From contig CM059431.1 in the NCBI GenBank assembly GCA_030390025.1, positions 126,482,001 to 126,546,000 on the forward strand: a DNA stretch of 64,000 nt, written 5' to 3'. The DNA is from Squalus acanthias (taxonomy: Eukaryota). Every line of letters starts with the position of its first letter. Position 1 is the first letter of the stretch. The translations under genes were made by a program, and so were the position numbers. Shown one piece after another: positions 25,530-40,136 of the stretch. Below the pieces are notes generated by a model. The model was given only the letters and a program-made list of their open reading frames with translations. It was not told where the DNA came from and searched no databases.

Positions 25530-26525
25530 ACCCCCAGAAGTCGGTATTGGGACCACTGCTCTTTTTGATATATAGTACTGACCTGGACTTGGGTACACAG
25601 GGCATAATTTCAGAGTTTGCAGATGAAATGAAACTTGGAAATGTAGCAAACAGTGAGGAGGATAGTAACAGACTTCAAGAAGACATAGACAGACTGGTGA
25701 AATGGACAGACACATGGCAGATGAAATTTAACACAGAGAAATGTAAAGTGATTCATTTTGGTAGCAAGAATCAGAAGAGGCAATATAAACTAAATGGCAC
25801 AATTCTAAAGGGGGACGGGAACAGAGAGACCTGGGGGTTTACGTACACAAGTCTTTGAAGGTGGCAGGACAAGTTGAGAAGGCTGTTAAAAAGGTATACA
25901 GGATCCCTAGCTTTATAAATAGAAGCATAGAGTACAAAAGCAAGGAAGTTATGCTAAACCTTTGTAAAACACTGGTTAGGCAACAGCTGGAATATTGTGT
26001 TCAATTCTGAGCACCATACTTTCAAGAGGATGTCAAGGCTTAGAGAGGGTGCAGAGGAGATTTACTAGAATGGTACCATGGACGAGGGACTTCAGTTATA
26101 TAGAGAGACTCGAGAAACTGGGGCTGTTCTCATTGGAGCAGAGAAGGTTACGTGGAGATTTGTTAGCGATGTTCAAAATCATGAAGGGCTTTGGTAGAGT
26201 AAATAAGGAGAAATTGTTTCCAGTGGCAGAAGGGTCGGTAACCAGAGGCCACAGATTTAAGGTAATTGGCAAAAGAACCAGAGGTGAAAAAAAATTACGC
26301 AGCGAGTTGTTATGATCTAGAGTGTAGAAGTGTGGTGGAAGCAGATTCAATAATAACTTTCAAAAAGGAATTGGATAAATACTTGAAGTGGAAAAAATGG
26401 CAGGGCTATGGTGAAAGAGCAGGGGAATGGGATTAATTGGCTAGCTCTTTCAAAGAAATGGCACAGGAACGATGAGCCAAATGGTCTCCTTCTGTGCTAT
26501 ATCATTCGATGGTTCTATGAATATG
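25530..26525 (+). mobile_element. 5'-truncated CR1 LINE
   Basis: LGPLLFLIY, FADE, WQMKFNTEKCKVIHFG, LERVQRRFTRM, CR1 3' tail. Confidence 0.92.
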
Positions 26526-27789
26526 CTACACTCCTAAGTTATAACACAAAAATTATTTTAGAAAATTTAAGGTTTGGTAAAGGAAGTCAACTAATAATAA
26601 AGTTTTATCTGTAACTTTTTTTAACCTCCATTTTTAGGTTTAGCTGTCTAAATTTTGAACCAAGGATGAAGATACCAGTTATGAGCTCCAAAATTAAGAG
26701 TCCATTTTACTAATTTGATGGCCCATTTACATTGCCGTGTGCAACTTCCAGCAGCTCTGACGTTGACTGTGGTGCTATGAAGTAAATGAGGTGGAGAAAT
26801 TCACTGGAAAATTGTTTGGTTCTGGAAGCAATATTGTGGTAAATATAAATGCTGCAGCCAACCATTCGAGCAACATTCAGTTTGGGCAATGGGTGATCAA
26901 AGCCCTCAGCCTCTCTATATAGTCCAGTGATTCAGTTTCCTTGTTGCTGGCCTGTGTAAACCTTTTTACTTCCAGCTGCCAGAAATGAAAATCGTGAATC
27001 ATGACTCTCAAGCAACTGCACATGCATTAATGCTTCTACTTGAAGCCATTCTGTAATATAAAGGGGGCATTATTTACTGTTTACCTTCAGATGAATTTCC
27101 CAGAGATTGCTCATTCTTTGACTGTGGTGGCTAGGACTAAAGTTTTAATCAATGTCTCAGCATTTCAACAATTGATTGGTCACACCATCAATCACAGTAC
27201 GCCCGTCAGTGGTTATTAGACTTATAAAAAAGGGAGAATGGTAACAAAGAGAAAATTTCACCTCCAGATTGATGTAGAACTTGACTCCTGGAACATAGCT
27301 TTGCTGACAGTGCCATCCTGTAAGTTTGCTTTTGGCACATTGTTACACATGAAACGGTCTCAGTGCCTTCATTTTGCCCACTGTAGTTTGATTGGAAGTG
27401 GAAGTTACTTATTTATGGGATAGGAAAATTTAGAGGAACAAAGAATATTGGGGGAGAAATTTGGTATTGCCCCATTTGGGGCGCAATTGTCGGCTGGGCG
27501 CAAAGTTTAGCGCCTGGCGCTAATTATCGCCTCCGACTGCAAACTTGGCTTCTATCGCCCCTGGAGGTGATTGGAGCGCTAAATCAGGCGCAAAGGCCGA
27601 GGAGCAAGGCGCTAACTCAGAGCGCGGGCGCAGCACAGGTGATTTCAGTTAGCGATGGAACACAGACACACTGGCGCCGGCCAGTTCTTAAAGGGGAGGG
27701 TCGATCTTGCTCTCCAGCCACACCCTGCTCATTGGATCCTTGAATCTCAGCCTGGAGAGACTGGTGACTACATTTTCCAGCCAAGGACT

Positions 27790-29598
27790 ATGGAGAGGGT
27801 GAGAGAACGAGCTCAGCGCTTCAGCGAGCGGGCCTTGGAGGCTCTGGTTGGTGTGGTGGAGCGCAGAAGATCTATACTCTATCCTGAGAGTGGCAGGAGG
27901 CCTTTGCCGCATGACTACAGAAGAGTTTGGAGGGAGGTGGCTCAGCACGTCTCCTCCAGAAGCATGGTGCCCAGGGCCCATACTCAATGTCGCAAAAAGT
28001 TCAACGACCTCACTCGGGTCGTCAGGGTGAGTGGCTTTTTTTCAATACCTCTCCATTTCAACCTCACTCTATGGCCAGCGGGTCTTAAAACCCCAATGCC
28101 CAACACTCATCCAACACCTATGGCCCTCGCATGAAACACACACGCGCATTCCACACCTTGCATACAGTAAGAGCTATTCAACTATGAGAGGCACATCAGC
28201 CAAGACCATGGCTGCATACATTAAGGGCTATTCAATTATGGGAGGCACATCAGGCAAGACCATGGCTGTATATTTCCTCAGACGCCGTCCTTTTTCTTGC
28301 AGGCCAAGCTATCTCATAATAGGAGACAGCAGCAATGGACGGGTGGAGGGCGGCTTCAGCTGCAACCCCTCAGCAATCTTGAGGCGCGCATCCACAGGAT
28401 TGTGGCAAGCCAGGTGATCGGTCCCGTCACCCCTGGAGAGGCCGACCCCGTTCGGGACAGCAATGGTAATGTCATCAGCTTTCTCTCCTCTCTCATTCCA
28501 CTTGTCCCTCACAACATCAGCCTTTGACACTTTCAATCCAAATTACTAAATCGCTGCACTCCTTCCTCCCTTACTGCCCCCCTGTCCTCACGCTAAAGCC
28601 ACTCTTGTACCTCCCTGCTTTCAGATGGCGATTCACCAGCAGAGGAGACGGGCCCTGAAGCTGCCAGTGGGAGCGAAGCCGCAGACGAGGAGGAAGAGGA
28701 AGCCGGAGCATCAGCACCACCCTCTCCCGAGGCAGCCCATGCCCACACTGGGAACATGTCTTCCCTGGATGGGAGCAGGGGGGAAGGGTCTGATGAGGGT
28801 GAAGTTCCGGGACCCAGCGAGCTGCAGCAACGCGATGTGGCTAGGGAAGCTCGAGGGCCTTCTCCCCGGAGGGAGAGTAGGCCAGCAAGTCCTGCTGCAC
28901 TGGACGCAGAGGAGGAGCGACACATCGCTGAAATGAACACCCAGGCGGTGGACATGCACACTCAGCTCATGGGTGCAGCGGGAAGGGTGCCCAATTGCAT
29001 TGATGCACTGGCAAGGAGTGTGGAGCACTACGCTGTAGCACAGGTGGATGCCACGCTAATGCTTAGTGCTGCAATTCAGTCACTGGCTGCCGTGATCCAA
29101 TCTCAGACTGGTCTCATGCAGACTCAGATTGAGGCCACGCAAGCACTGACTGCTGCCATTGTCGCTGGTTCGGACACATTTCCCAAGGGCTCTCACCGCG
29201 CCGCAGCAGGCCAGCAATCTGTTCTCCGGCAGATTGCTCCGGATGCTGAGGTGCTGCCCCGTGGGAGTGCCAGTGTGTTGGTTGAGCAGGGAGTTGCTGT
29301 CCTCTCTCAAGATGACAGCATTCCTGCTGCCACCACTGTCACTTCCCCATTGCACTTGCCACCGCCTATAGCCAGACTGCTGCCGCCCATGCAGAGTTGG
29401 TGCAGTCTGCAGCCGGGCCCTCCAGGCCCAGAGCTGATCGAGGCCAGCCTTCAAGGGCATCTGCAGTCTCAGGTTCTGACAATCAGCAGCCTTCCACCAG
29501 CCTTGCTGTACCCACTGGGGCCCCATTCCGGTGGTGCAGGAGGGTGGGAAGGGGGGAAGTGTGCAAGGGAAGAGATCACCCTCGAAGGGCAAAAAGTA
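27790..29598 (+). pseudogene. Harbinger Myb/SANT-like gene (3 exons, frameshift near 29370)
   Basis: MERVRERAQRFSERALEAL...QCRKKFNDL; exon 3 departs from the frame of copies 2 and 3 after HLPPP. Confidence 0.85.
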
Positions 29599-29909
29599 GG
29601 AGGTGTCACGAAATGTTGGTAAATTTTTTATTAAAGGCAGAGGTTCGTGTTCAAACTTTTGTTTAGTGTTTTGGACATTATCTCCAGGTTGTGAGAACCA
29701 GTTATGTTAATGAATGATTTTTTGTGTTTGTTTCTGTTAGTTTGTCATGAAGAAATGACACACACAGGATTTGTAAAATAAAAAAGTTATTGTATTCAAA
29801 ATATATAGGTTTGGCCTTTGGAATCATTGCTGCCTTGGCCGGATTTGGGGTTGCGGATTGCTTTCATTCATGTTGTTCTCCATGCCAGAGCCATTTCCTC
29901 AGTAGGGGC

Positions 29910-31045
29910 CTAGAAGCGGCTTGTTATCAACCGTTGACGGACGGCCCTTGCAGTTTCAGCGTTGTGGGCCTCCCTCCCACCTTGGTGCTGCTGCTGATCA
30001 TCTCTCCTCTTCCTCCTCCTCCTCCGGTTGTGCTCCAAAGCCTGGTGGCATTGGCTGGGTCCTGAGGATTGCCAGGTTATGAAGCATGCAGCACACAACT
30101 ATGAAGAGGGAGACTCGCTCAGGTGAGTACTGCAGGGCTCCTCCTGAGTGGTCCAGGCAGTGGAACCGTTGCTTGAGCACGCTGATCGTCTGCTCAACGA
30201 TGTTCCTGGTGGCGAGATGGCTCTCAATGTACTGCAGCTCAGCAGGGGTGTTGGGGTTATGGAGCAGGTGTCATCAGTGGATAACCCTTGTCTCCGAGGA
30301 GCCAACCACTTGGCTGATGCGGTGCCTGGAAAAGTTCTGGCACAGCAGTCTGGCGCAGGATGAAAGCATCGTGGCTGCTGCCAGGATAGCGTGCATTGAC
30401 AGCGAGTATCAGCTGTCTGTGGTCACAGACCAACTGGACGTTTAAGGAGTGGAACCCCTTGCGGTTTCGGAAAACCTCATCATTCTCATGCGGTGCCCGC
30501 AATGCCACATGCGTGCATCAATGGCGCCCTGCACCATGGGGAAGCCCGCTATCCTCGCAAAGCCTAATGCGCGTTCATGCTGTTTGGCCCGGGTCATCGG
30601 GAAAGAGTTGTACTGGCGTCTCCTTTTACAGAGGGCATTTGTGACCTGACAGATACAGCAATGGACCGCGAACTGGGAGATATTGGCGATGTCCCCAGTA
30701 GCTGCTTGAAAGGAGCCGCTGGCATAAAAGTTCAGAGCCACTGTGACCTTCACTGTCACCGACAGAGACGTCCTGGTCCTCAGTTGAGGCGGCAGATTTG
30801 GCTGCAGCAGGTTGCAGAGCTCAGTGACCACCTCCTTGCTGAAGCGCAGCCTGCACAAACACTGTTCCTCAGACAAATGAATGTTGGAGAATTGTTCCCG
30901 GAATACCCTGGGAGGGTAAGGTCTCCTGTGCAGAGGCCTGTTGGCCCTCCTCCGTCTGGCCATGATTGCCACTCTCTCTCTGCATCTCTATTGTCTCCGA
31001 TTCTGCAGGTGCAGGATGACACCCCGAATCAGTGCAGCCCCCAAA
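29910..31045 (-). pseudogene. Harbinger DDE transposase, frameshifted
   Basis: [23 protein letters not shown] and LKQRF motifs split over several ORFs. Confidence 0.9.
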
Positions 31046-33381
31046 GTCTCTTGGCAATCGAAGTAATGAAGGTCAAATCCAAAAGTACCTGCAAAGTGAT
31101 GCTCAGTAGCCAAAACTACTTCACACAGTGTTGACTCTATGCAGAAATCTCTCTATTTCTTTCTCAGAATCCCTCTCCCTGTCAGAATGAGTGTTGCAAA
31201 AATGTCTACCACAGAAAAAGTCAGGAAGAGGCCACCTTTAAATAGCGCCCCCCCAGCCCCTCACCGACTGGGAAATGTTCAAATCTGCCTGTCGTTGCTT
31301 GCGCCAGGCGGAAAGGAGGGGGGCGCCACTCAATATCCGGTCTGGGGCGCCACCAGGGCGTTGCACGCTCGACTGATGTCACGATCTGTGGACGCAGGAG
31401 ATTGGGACTCTAAACTTTTGCGCCGCCGCAAAAACTCTAGTCAATTTTGGGAGCAGCGCAAACATCGCCGCGCCCGGGCGCTAGTTGCTTTGCGCCCCAT
31501 TAGCCAACCGAATTTTTCCCCCATTATGTCCTAAAGCACCTTTATTTTTAATGACAGTATTTCATGATAGCAGCTATGCACAATTATTGCTGAACCAATT
31601 ACACCTCACATTCCACTAGATTGTAATTTAGCACTGACAGAAAGTTAAGTTATCTAATCACAATTCAGTTTAAATTATTTAAGTAAACCGGCCCAGAAAT
31701 TTGGCCGCATAGCGCCCGTTTTTCAGGCCTTCAGCAGCCTTCTAGTGCCCAAAGTGGCAGACAGGAAGTGCGCCGCCTGCAATATAGGTAGCGCTTGCAT
31801 TCAGAGCACACACCAGCAGCATTCAAAGTTGAAATTAAAATATGCAGATTATGGTACTGCACTTTCTGGAGGAGCAGTTTTCCATTTTGGACCGTGCCAG
31901 CGCCTCACGTGCCAGATGCTGACCTCGCTCAGTACAATGTGATGCTAACCAGTATGAAGGGCCCTTCACTAGTCCTATTTAAAGGGATCATGCAGTACTT
32001 TCTGGTTAGTGGCTGGTTTAGTATTTCTAGCTACTGTCTAACTTCTAGGCATTTTTTGCTGTGTTCTATCACTCTTGAAAGTTCACTTTGTCTGCACACA
32101 GAGAGGTTTTACTGGTTTTGCACTTTATTGGCTCCAAACATGGGTGCTCTGGTGGGGCTGCCTTTGGGAATAAAGGACTAGTGGGAACAGCGAGCAAGAG
32201 ACTACAGAGCAGGAGAAGCTGCCAGAAGAGGGAGGAGGAGGAGGGCACTGAACAGGAGCCCACATCCACAGAGAATTTTCAGGTAGCACTTTTCCTACCT
32301 CAACTTTACTGAGGAGCAATGTATGAGGTGCCTTCTCTTCACCAAGGAGGCTGTTACCGAGCTATGTCAGCTGCTGCAGCCACAAATTGAGCCTCAAACC
32401 AAGGCATGGACAGCACTGCCTGTGGCTGTTAAGGTCACTGTCGCCCTCACCTTTAATGCAACGGGCTCCTTTTAGGCTGCAACAGGTGAAATCAGCAACA
32501 TCTCACAGTTTGCAGTTCACTGATACATCAGGGAAGTCACCGAGGCTCTCTGCACCAGGAAAAACATTTACATCTCCTTCCCCATTGACAGAGTGAAGGA
32601 GAACGAGAGAGCACTACATCTCGCCCGCATGGCAGACTACCCATGTTGCAAGGTGCCATCGACTGCACGCACATTGCTTTAGGTGCTCCCTATAACCAGC
32701 CTGGCTCTTATCAATCAAAAAGAATTCCACTCCCTCAACATGCAACTGGTTTGCGACCACAGGCAGCGCACCATGCAGGTCTGCGCCAGCTATCCCGGCA
32801 GCAGTCACAACTCTTTCATCGTGGGCCAGTCCTCTGTGCTGCATTAAATCTAACCAGGCCACCAAGTTACAGGCTGACTATTGGGCGACAAGGGCTATCC
32901 TCTCTCGACATGGCCCATGACGCCTGTCAGTAATTCATGCATAGCTACAGAGGACACCTAAAACGAGAGCCATGCTGCAACAAGGAACATCATCAAGCAA
33001 ACAGTCAGCGTGCTCAAGCAATGCTTCCGCTGCCTGGACCGTTCCAGAGGAGCTCTGCAGTACACCCCTGAGCGGGTATCCAGATTTGTGGTCTTCTGCT
33101 GCATGCTCCATAACTTCACCATCATGAGGAACCAGCCCTTACCAACACTTGGGAGCCAACAAGTACAGGAAGAGGAGGAAGAGGAAGAGGAGGAGGAATG
33201 GGAAGAGAGGCAGTGACCACCAATGCCCCTATCTGGCCGAGCTCTCAGAGATCAACTCATCAAGGAGCACTTCCACAGAGTCAGCCCTTGCAGTCACCAA
33301 CAGTCTCAGAATTCTTACCACTATGCTGACAAATACCTTCCAATTGTCTTCCTTTATTCCTGATTTATTAGTCTTGCCCTG

Positions 33382-33970
33382 ACTGCAGAGCCAGCAGACC
33401 TGGACGGAACTGGAGTGGCAGCGGGAGCAGATTAAGGAGCACGGTGAGAGGAGGACTGAGAGCAGAGCCAGCGGGGGAGGAGCAGCGAGGCTCCAATTCA
33501 GTAACAAAAAATCAAAGTGTGATGTCACAGTTAAACAGGTAGGTAATTGGTGGTGAGTATTTCCGTTCTCTTTGGACTGAGGGCTAAGTTACAGTAAAGA
33601 CCGATAGCATATAACTACATATATAACTAACTCAACTTATTTTAGTAAATTTAATAAATTAAACAAGGTTATTACCTAGTTTACCTAGATTAAAAACTAT
33701 AGACAATTGATTGATATTTATGTAATTAATTAAATAAATACAATAGAGATGGCCGGGCAGGTGATGTATTGCAGCTGTAGCATATTGGAGCTGGTGGACA
33801 CCAGTGTGATCCAGCGTGACCACATCTGCAGTAAGTGTCTGCAGCTCGAGGAACTTCGGCTCAGGGTTGATGAGCTGGAGTCCGAGCTGCAGACATTGTG
33901 ATACATCAGGGAGGGAGAAAGTTACCTGGACACTTTGTTTCAGGAGGCAGTCACACCCCTTAGGTTAAAG
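33382..33970 (+). mobile_element. CR1 5' UTR and ORF1 N-terminal fragment
   Basis: atggccgggcag...HICSKCLQLEELRLRVDELESEL, parallel to the ORF1 start at about 12270-12536. Confidence 0.75.
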
Positions 33971-34394
33971 CATGTCAGCATTGACAAAGAAATGACTGAT
34001 CACACTTGTACAAGCCCATAGTGTCTGTCTTGTGTGCTTATTTTCCTATTCTGGAGCTCGTATTAGGTGCTTCCCCAATGGTTACAGCTTGGCAGGTGGA
34101 AGGCTGTTGAGTTTCCATTGAGGACACCTCAGATGGCCTTGATGGATGACTTCAAGCTTTTCTGGGCCTAGAGGCCTCATCTGTAGACTGCAGCATCTCG
34201 GCGTGGAGTACTTCAGTCTGGGCTGGCTGGCTGAGTGACTCCAGAAATAGCACTGGGTGAAGTCTGATGAGAGAGCAGGCATGCTGTCATCCTGAGAGAG
34301 GACAGCGAGTGCATCTCCCTTGGAGCCAAAGCCACACTCCTGTGGTGGTGCCTCGGCACTCCTAGGGCTCTGCTAGAGAACAGAGTGAAAGATA

Positions 34395-34822
34395 GAACTT
34401 GCATTTATAGTGTACCTTTCACGACCTCAAAACATTCCGAAGCATACAATGAAGTATGTTTTGAAGTGTAGTCCCTGTTATAATGTAGGAAATGCGGCAG
34501 CCAATTTCCACACAGCAAGATCCCACAAACTGCAATGTGATAATGATCAGATCTGTTTCAGTGATGTTGGTTCAGGGATAAATATCGACCAGGACCCCGG
34601 GGAGAACACCCCTGCTCTTCTATGAATAGTACCATGGCATCTTTTACGTCCACAGAGGGCAGTCAGGGCCCTGGTTTAACATCTCATCCAAAAGACGGCA
34701 CATCAGACAGTGCAGCACTCCGTCAGTGTCAACCTAGATTTTGTACTCATGTTTCTGGAGTGGGTCATGAACCCACAACCTTCTGACTCCGAGGCGACAA
34801 TGCTACCAACTGAGCCATGACT
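34395..34822 (-). mobile_element. tRNA-derived DeuSINE (SacSINE1/AmnSINE1-like)
   Basis: Minus-strand A box TGGCTCAGTTGG, B-box-like GGTTCATGACC, Deu-domain-like GTGCCGTCTTTTGGATGAGATGTTAAAC...GTGGACGTAAAAGAT...TTTGTGGGATCTTGCTGTG. Confidence 0.85.
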
Positions 34823-35570
34823 AACATCGAGTGCTGGAGTGCTGTGACACTCTGAAAGCTCCTTTCAACAGTGGCCCCACCAAAGCCAAGATGGAAGCTG
34901 TCAGAGTTGTCATGAGACATTCCATAATGGTGAGTTCCACAGCTGATGGAGCTGACCACTGTCCATGTTGGGCAGAATGGTCTCTATATTCTGTGCAATA
35001 CCTTATGACAAGTTAAAACTAGACTCTTCCCACGCCCCGTACTATAGTGCGCTCGCTCTCTGGCAGGCTGCCAAGTGCCTCTAGCATTTCCTGGTATATG
35101 TCCATGAGTCTTCTTCAAAGTCAGCATCTGAATCCGCTGCAGCAGAATTAGTGCGCAGCCTCGCCCTCCAGCAAGCTGGCAACAGTGGCATTCTCTCTTC
35201 TTGCCCGAGCTCCAGTGCACTTGTGCCCGGTGAGTCACAACCTGCAGATACCTCCTCTAATCCAGCCTCTAAAATCCGCGTGGTGTCAGTATCTGAGCTG
35301 GTGATTGCAAGAGTGAGGTCAGGTGATGGTGCATCTTCAGCAACACTGCTCAGCTTCCTCCACTGGGTGAGGTGCATAGACATTCTCAGCAGCTGAAATG
35401 AAAGAAGAGACAATGGTTAGGTTGTGGTGTGAGCGAGAGCAGAGAGAGAAAGAAGTGAGTGTTGAAAACATCTTCAGCTTGTCATTGTAAGACAATTCAA
35501 ATCTGAAAAACCAAATATGGTTGCAACATAATCCTTTGATTGTGTTCAACCAAGTCCAGACATATGTAAT

Positions 35571-36313
35571 GGGCCAAAAATTGATGCCGCTACGCGAGAG
35601 TACGCACTGTGTACTCTCGCGTATTCTCTCTCCAATTGCCGGTTTTCTGCATGCACTGCGCATGCGCTGAAAACCGGCACTTGGCTTTTGGAAAAGGGGG
35701 CGGTTCCTCGGTGCACCGCGTGCGCGCTACAGGCTGCGCGCACGCTGTGCACTTAGTGCTTTGGACGCGCAGGTAAGGACGGAAGATTTTAGAAATGAAA
35801 AAAGGAGGAGTAAGACCCACTTTTAACAAGGTAAGTAGTGAATTAAGTATTATTTTGAATTTTTTTTAACAGGTATATCTTTTTTAGAGACTTTAAAGAC
35901 AGGTAAGTTTATTTTTATAACTTTTTAAAAGATTTTAAATTTTTTCAAAAATTTTATTTTTTATTTAAAATGGTTAATTTATTTAACTATACTTATTTTA
36001 TTAATGTGATGGTTTTTTTTTAAATTTAATTGAGGTTTAGCTGTTATTTTGGGGGGGTGTAAGATTCATAGCTTTCACAGCACGTATGTGAAACTTATGA
36101 ATGGAAGATGGTGTGCTGCCATTGGCTCTAACTGAGTCACGTGATCCCACAGCTCGCACGAATTCACTACGCCAGTGGGATACGCAAGCACTGCCCAGCT
36201 GATGTCTAGAACATCAAGTTCGTGTGAGCTGGATCTGAAAAAGCCAATGCGGAGTGAGAGATCGCGCCTGCTCCTTACCCCCGCGGGAACAGAGCGAGAT
36301 CAATTTCTGGGCC
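35571..36313. mobile_element. Harbinger-type MITE, family B copy 2
   Basis: TIRs gggccaaaaattgat / atcaatttctgggcc; collinear with 12728..13472. Confidence 0.88.
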
Positions 36314-36774
36314 ATAGTCTTTTAGCAGTAGACATACAGAGAAATAAAGGCAGTTACCCCATTTATTTCTGGTTAGAGACATGGGGGGGGAATTTTTCAG
36401 GGGGTCAGCGGGCACATTTAGTGGCGGGTCGGGTAGGAAAAAACTTTTTTTTGACTGCGGATAGGGAACCCACTGTCAACCCACCTCCACGCTAGTCTCT
36501 CGGATGTTGGGTCTGCCATCGCTGAACAGACCCGACACCAAGCGGCGTGGGAGGCAATTTAGATTATTAAGAGCTTGTAAACAGGCACTTTAAAACTATT
36601 TTAAGCACACCTTTAGATTTTAAGAGTTCGCCCATGGCTTCCCTGCTGCTTGGGGATCACGTCAGGTAAGGAGGTCGGGAATTGTGTCAGCATGGGATGA
36701 TTTCTTAACTTGATAGCTGCAAATGTTCTATAAAAGCTCCCAATTTCATAGATGGTCATTTTCCAAGATTAGAT

Positions 36775-37297
36775 CATAACAATATAAGAAATAGGAGCAG
36801 GAGTAGGCCATACGGCCCCTCGAGCCTGCCCTGCCATTAAATCAGATCATCGACCTCAACTCCACTTTCCCACCCGCTCTCCATATTCCTTGATTCCACT
36901 AGAGTCCAAAAATCTATCTATCTCAGTCTTGCCCCGTGGTTCTAGACAATCCAGCCAGGGGAAACAACCTCTCAGCATCTACCCTGTCAATCCCCTTCAG
37001 AATCTTGTATGTTTCAATGAGATCACCTCTCATTCTTCTAAACTCCAGAGAGTATAGGCCCATTCTACACAATCTCTCATCACAGGACAGCCCTCTCATC
37101 CCAGGAATCAATCTAGTGAACCTTCGTTGCACCGCCGCCAAGGCAAGTATATCCTTCCTTAGATAAGGAGATCAAAACTGTGCACAGTACTCCAGGTGTG
37201 GTCTCACCAAGGCCCTGTACAATTGTAGCAAGACTTCCTTACTCTTATACTCCGACACCCTTGCAATAAAGGCCAACATGCCATTTGCCTTCCTGTT
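36775..37297 (-). mobile_element. CR1 3' fragment with internal deletion
   Basis: AVQRRFTRLIPGMRGL...[11 protein letters not shown], 3' tail. Confidence 0.9.
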
Positions 37298-37299
37298 GC

Positions 37300-38672
37300 T
37301 TACTGCATTTGGAAGACAGATTGAGCTTTATGCAGCTTGCAAGTGTTTGGAGTAAACTCTGTATCCAGTGTCACCTCATTGGAACAACCTCTCTCACCAC
37401 TGACAGATCACTTCTGTCATCTCAACTTCACCTGCCATCTATTCCATCAGCATCAGTGCCCTTGAAACTATCTCACGTTGGTCCTCAGAATCCCACCACG
37501 ATCAGCCCCAACACCAGCAACACTAGGCACACCAGCAGCACCAACAACAATACCAACCTTCTCCACAATCAACTGATGCTGCACAGGACACAGGGCATCA
37601 GCACCTGACCACATTGCTACCCGGGACGCCAGGGATGGCCTCACCATAGCCAGATTTACTTCACTTGACACTGTATACCCTGGCTGCCACATGATGCGCC
37701 AGGTTGGCACCACCCCACACCAACAACAAAAGCATCCCTACAATGTATAAGCCATTCCTTTCACACAAATCACCATTGTGGGGGGTACCGTTATGTCTCA
37801 CCATTCACTGCAACTCACTAAGCCACTTCCAAAGGTGCACACAAATCTGTCCAAGAACGCAAAGTGGTGAACACAAAGATTTCAATGTTTTACAGCACAT
37901 TAACAGAAACTTCACATGAACATTGGCTAAAACACCCAAGTGCCTTCCCTTATGTGTTGTTACTTGGTATGATTAGATGAGGATGAGGGTGAGTGTGAGC
38001 AGTGGCAGTTGAGATATGGAAGTGATAATGTAGATAGAGAGTGGAGATGCAAGGTAAGTTGGTTTGAGTAAGGATGTGCAGGAGTAGGGTAGGGAAGGCA
38101 GAGTGATGGAGATGTGATGAGTGGCACAGCAGGATGAGGTTGAGTGTGGCTTTGCAGTAACTTTTCTTGATCTGCTGAGATCATTGAAAGGTTTGTGCCA
38201 CTGCAGCCTGGTCCTCCTAACAACATCCCTGCTTGTGTCCTCCTGTGCAATGAGCAACCAGGCTGCATTGATCTCCTAGGGAGGTCTCTTCTGCCCATGG
38301 GAAGGAAAGAGGACCTCCCTGCATGCTGTGACTCCCTCCATAAGCATATGGAGGGAGTCATGGGAGAGCCTGGGTGCAGCCGTGCACCTCTGTGCAGTCA
38401 TTGTCAGTGTTTGCAGCACCTCAATGCTGTAGAACACTGACAGCACAACTGTCAAAATAAATTTGGCCATGGTCCCTTTTAGGAAACCGGCTGATGACGC
38501 ATCTTTAAGTGACGTCATCAGACCCGCTTTCTTCAATTGGCCAGGAAACACGCTGGGCTTAACAAACCCAATCAGCGTAAAATCATTTCACAGAGTGGGC
38601 TGGAGCTAGCTGCGGTTGCACCCCACCACCAACGGCCGCACTGGACCCGCCGAGGTAAGCAAAATTGCGGCC
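37300..38672 (-). mobile_element. Non-autonomous Harbinger remnant (deleted transposase plus Myb exon 1)
   Basis: + strand ...HIATRDARDGLTIARF after a Q-rich N-terminus; - strand APRLSHDSL..REVLFP..KPFNDL; ends aaaattgcggcc. Confidence 0.75.
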
Positions 38673-40136
38673 GTAATCTTCATCAATTCTGACTCTACAA
38701 ATTGTTACGGAAAGCTCGAAAATCTTTATAGGATTCTGGGAATTAACAATTTTAACCGTTTCATTATTTCTAGCTACCGTGCAAATTCACAAGCCATTTA
38801 TAAGTAAATAGAAGCAAAAACCTCAATCATATGAGATTAAACCAACTCTTAACTCTGCATTTATATTGTATACATGACTATGGTATCTTACAGTCCCCTC
38901 TTTGAGGGTGCAGAAATTGCTCTCTGTTCCCTCGCTTACAATTCAACAGCCCCACCATTTTTAATTGTTCATACGAGAGTTTCAAGCTTCCCACTAGTCT
39001 TCAAACCCACCAAACACTAATCAACAATGCTACAAGTGCTAAAATCTGGACAATGAGGAACACATGAGACAACAACCTCACCCATGGTGTTTATCGTGCA
39101 TTGTACACATTCTGCCACCAGGAACAAGTTCCTAACACTCATCTCCCTCTTTATATCATTTGTAATTAATTTAGCTTGTTTTTAGTAATCTACTTTCTGT
39201 TCACTTCCTGAATTAGCGATTTAATACACATAATGCTTTCATGGCCAAAATTTACCACCACCCATAAGGCTTCTATCTAGTGGTTATACTTTACTTGAAT
39301 TTCTGTAACATTATGGGCCCTTACAGACACCAATATTTTATCCCTAAATTTTTGTTTTTGCTTTTGTTTTTGTTTCTGTTGGTGTAAGGCAAAATGTTAA
39401 CCACCAAACCATACCAATGGTGTATAACGCAATATCTTCGTCGCTCCGAAGGTTCATTCTTTTTAAGTTCCATCGATCAACTTGTATAGTGCAGTTAGGA
39501 AATTCTTCATCTCGAGTGAAAACTCATACTGATGATGAACTCAACAGCACAACCTTGCCGCATCGACAGGCATCACTTTTCCTGGAACTGTGCATGAAGT
39601 GTCTGGTACAATCCACAACCCTTCTTTTCCCCTCATTAATATCTTCAGATAGTTCACAAATTCCTTGTGTATATCATCCTCCAACAAGCATATTGATTTC
39701 ACTTTAAATACTCCATCAGTTTATCATCAGCAGGTAGCAATAGTATTGCCACTATCACAGGAATGATCACAAAACAACATCACTTATACTTGCAAGGTTT
39801 CCTATCATAACACACCAATCCCAATCTTCTCACCTTACACCAAAACATATTCGCATCTGATTTCCAGATTTTCATTTATTCTTCTAATATAAATTTTGAA
39901 ATCCAATTGTTCATACCATTTAACCCCTTTTTGAATCTAATTTAAGTAGAAATGTCCTCCATACATACTCGCCTTTGACATCAGTTGTTCTTAATAGTGT
40001 TTGTTATTCTGATATAGCATTCCCTGTCTGCCAATTCCTTCAAACAATCCCTTTAATTACTTGCGCATACTTTTACGTCAATTCACCTTATTTGATTCCC
40101 AAATTGCTCTTGTTAAAATCATGTACCATTTCTCTT

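Larger units (their letters stand above)
27450..31522 (+). mobile_element. Full-length two-gene PIF/Harbinger transposon, copy 1 (both genes frameshifted)
   Basis: TIRs gggggagaaatt / aatttttccccc, ATT TSD; convergent Myb-like (+) and DDE transposase (-) genes. Confidence 0.95.
31691..35480 (+). mobile_element. Old degenerate Harbinger element (transposase + at about 32141-33280; Myb-like gene remnants - at about 34040-35470), interrupted by CR1 and SINE
   Basis: ggcccagaaattt start; LQGAIDCTHIAL, LKQCFRCLDRSRGALQY, CCMLHNF; right boundary uncertain. Confidence 0.75.
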